Source: an uncultured Staphylococcaceae bacterium (GTDB lineage Bacteria; Bacillota_I; Bacilli_A; RFN20; CAG-826). Taken from it: a DNA stretch of 32,818 nt. Made by a program: the position numbers and the translations under genes. Positions 32,799 through 32,818 of the stretch are shown piece after piece (position 1 is the first letter of the stretch; each line of letters starts with the position of its first letter). Under the pieces are notes generated by a model that did not search any database, was not told where the DNA came from, and saw nothing but the letters and a program-made list of their open reading frames with translations. The stretch covers positions 1-32,818 of the forward strand of contig CAYYIC010000002.1 of NCBI GenBank assembly GCA_964471005.1, given 5' to 3'.

Positions 32799-32818
32799 AG
32801 AAAACTCCTTTATTTTTT

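Noticed and set aside
1-32818. Search for CRISPR arrays, tRNA/rRNA genes, IS elements, integrases, phage or defence genes, toxin-antitoxin pairs, and UGA-as-Trp recoding
   Set aside because: No spaced direct repeats were seen, and no cloverleaf-capable GC-rich segments appear in any spacer. No ORF has transposase, integrase or nuclease-NTPase defence signatures. Every ORF over 180 aa is accounted for by a housekeeping or transporter family. TGA clearly terminates several conserved genes, so the code is standard.

Overview
This window is a compact stretch of chromosome of the Bacillota type, moderate in GC and almost gap-free. It uses the standard code: TGA serves as a stop at dnaB, the TetR gene, the DUF368 gene and tatD, so this is not a code-4 Mollicute. 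The gene content suggests a reduced, non-sporulating lineage such as Erysipelotrichia or an Acholeplasma-like group, but that is only a guess.

I can support 29 protein-coding genes. On the minus strand (read right to left) they are: jag/khpB, mnmE, tatD, rnmV, rsmA(ksgA), ispE, glmU, then a break, then pth, mfd, rqcP(yabO), tilS, ftsH, dusB, lysS, rpsF, ssb, rpsR, gdpP, rplI, dnaB, yycJ(walJ) and the start of rlmH. This is the classic origin-proximal housekeeping order of Bacillus, with the sporulation genes, prs, ctc, hprT and mnmG/rsmG missing.

Between glmU and pth sits a 10-kb block on the opposite (plus) strand, 16549-26357. It is the only accessory-looking part of the window. It holds an overlapping DUF368 and PAP2-phosphatase pair, an operon of a TetR regulator with a two-gene asymmetric heterodimeric ABC exporter, a lone GT2 glycosyltransferase, and ppdK.

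I found no rRNA, tRNA, CRISPR array, transposase, integrase, phage gene or recognisable defence gene. I see no convincing evidence of a wholly novel system. The items most worth follow-up are:
- the DUF368-PAP2 lipid-carrier module and the opposite-strand block it belongs to
- an mfd reading frame whose conserved N-terminus extends upstream of any ATG/GTG/TTG codon, with a candidate CTG start
- intrinsic terminator hairpins wedged directly against the start codons of downstream co-oriented genes
- a GC-rich structured 221-nt spacer upstream of rpsF

All family assignments come from motif recognition by eye. No database search was run.
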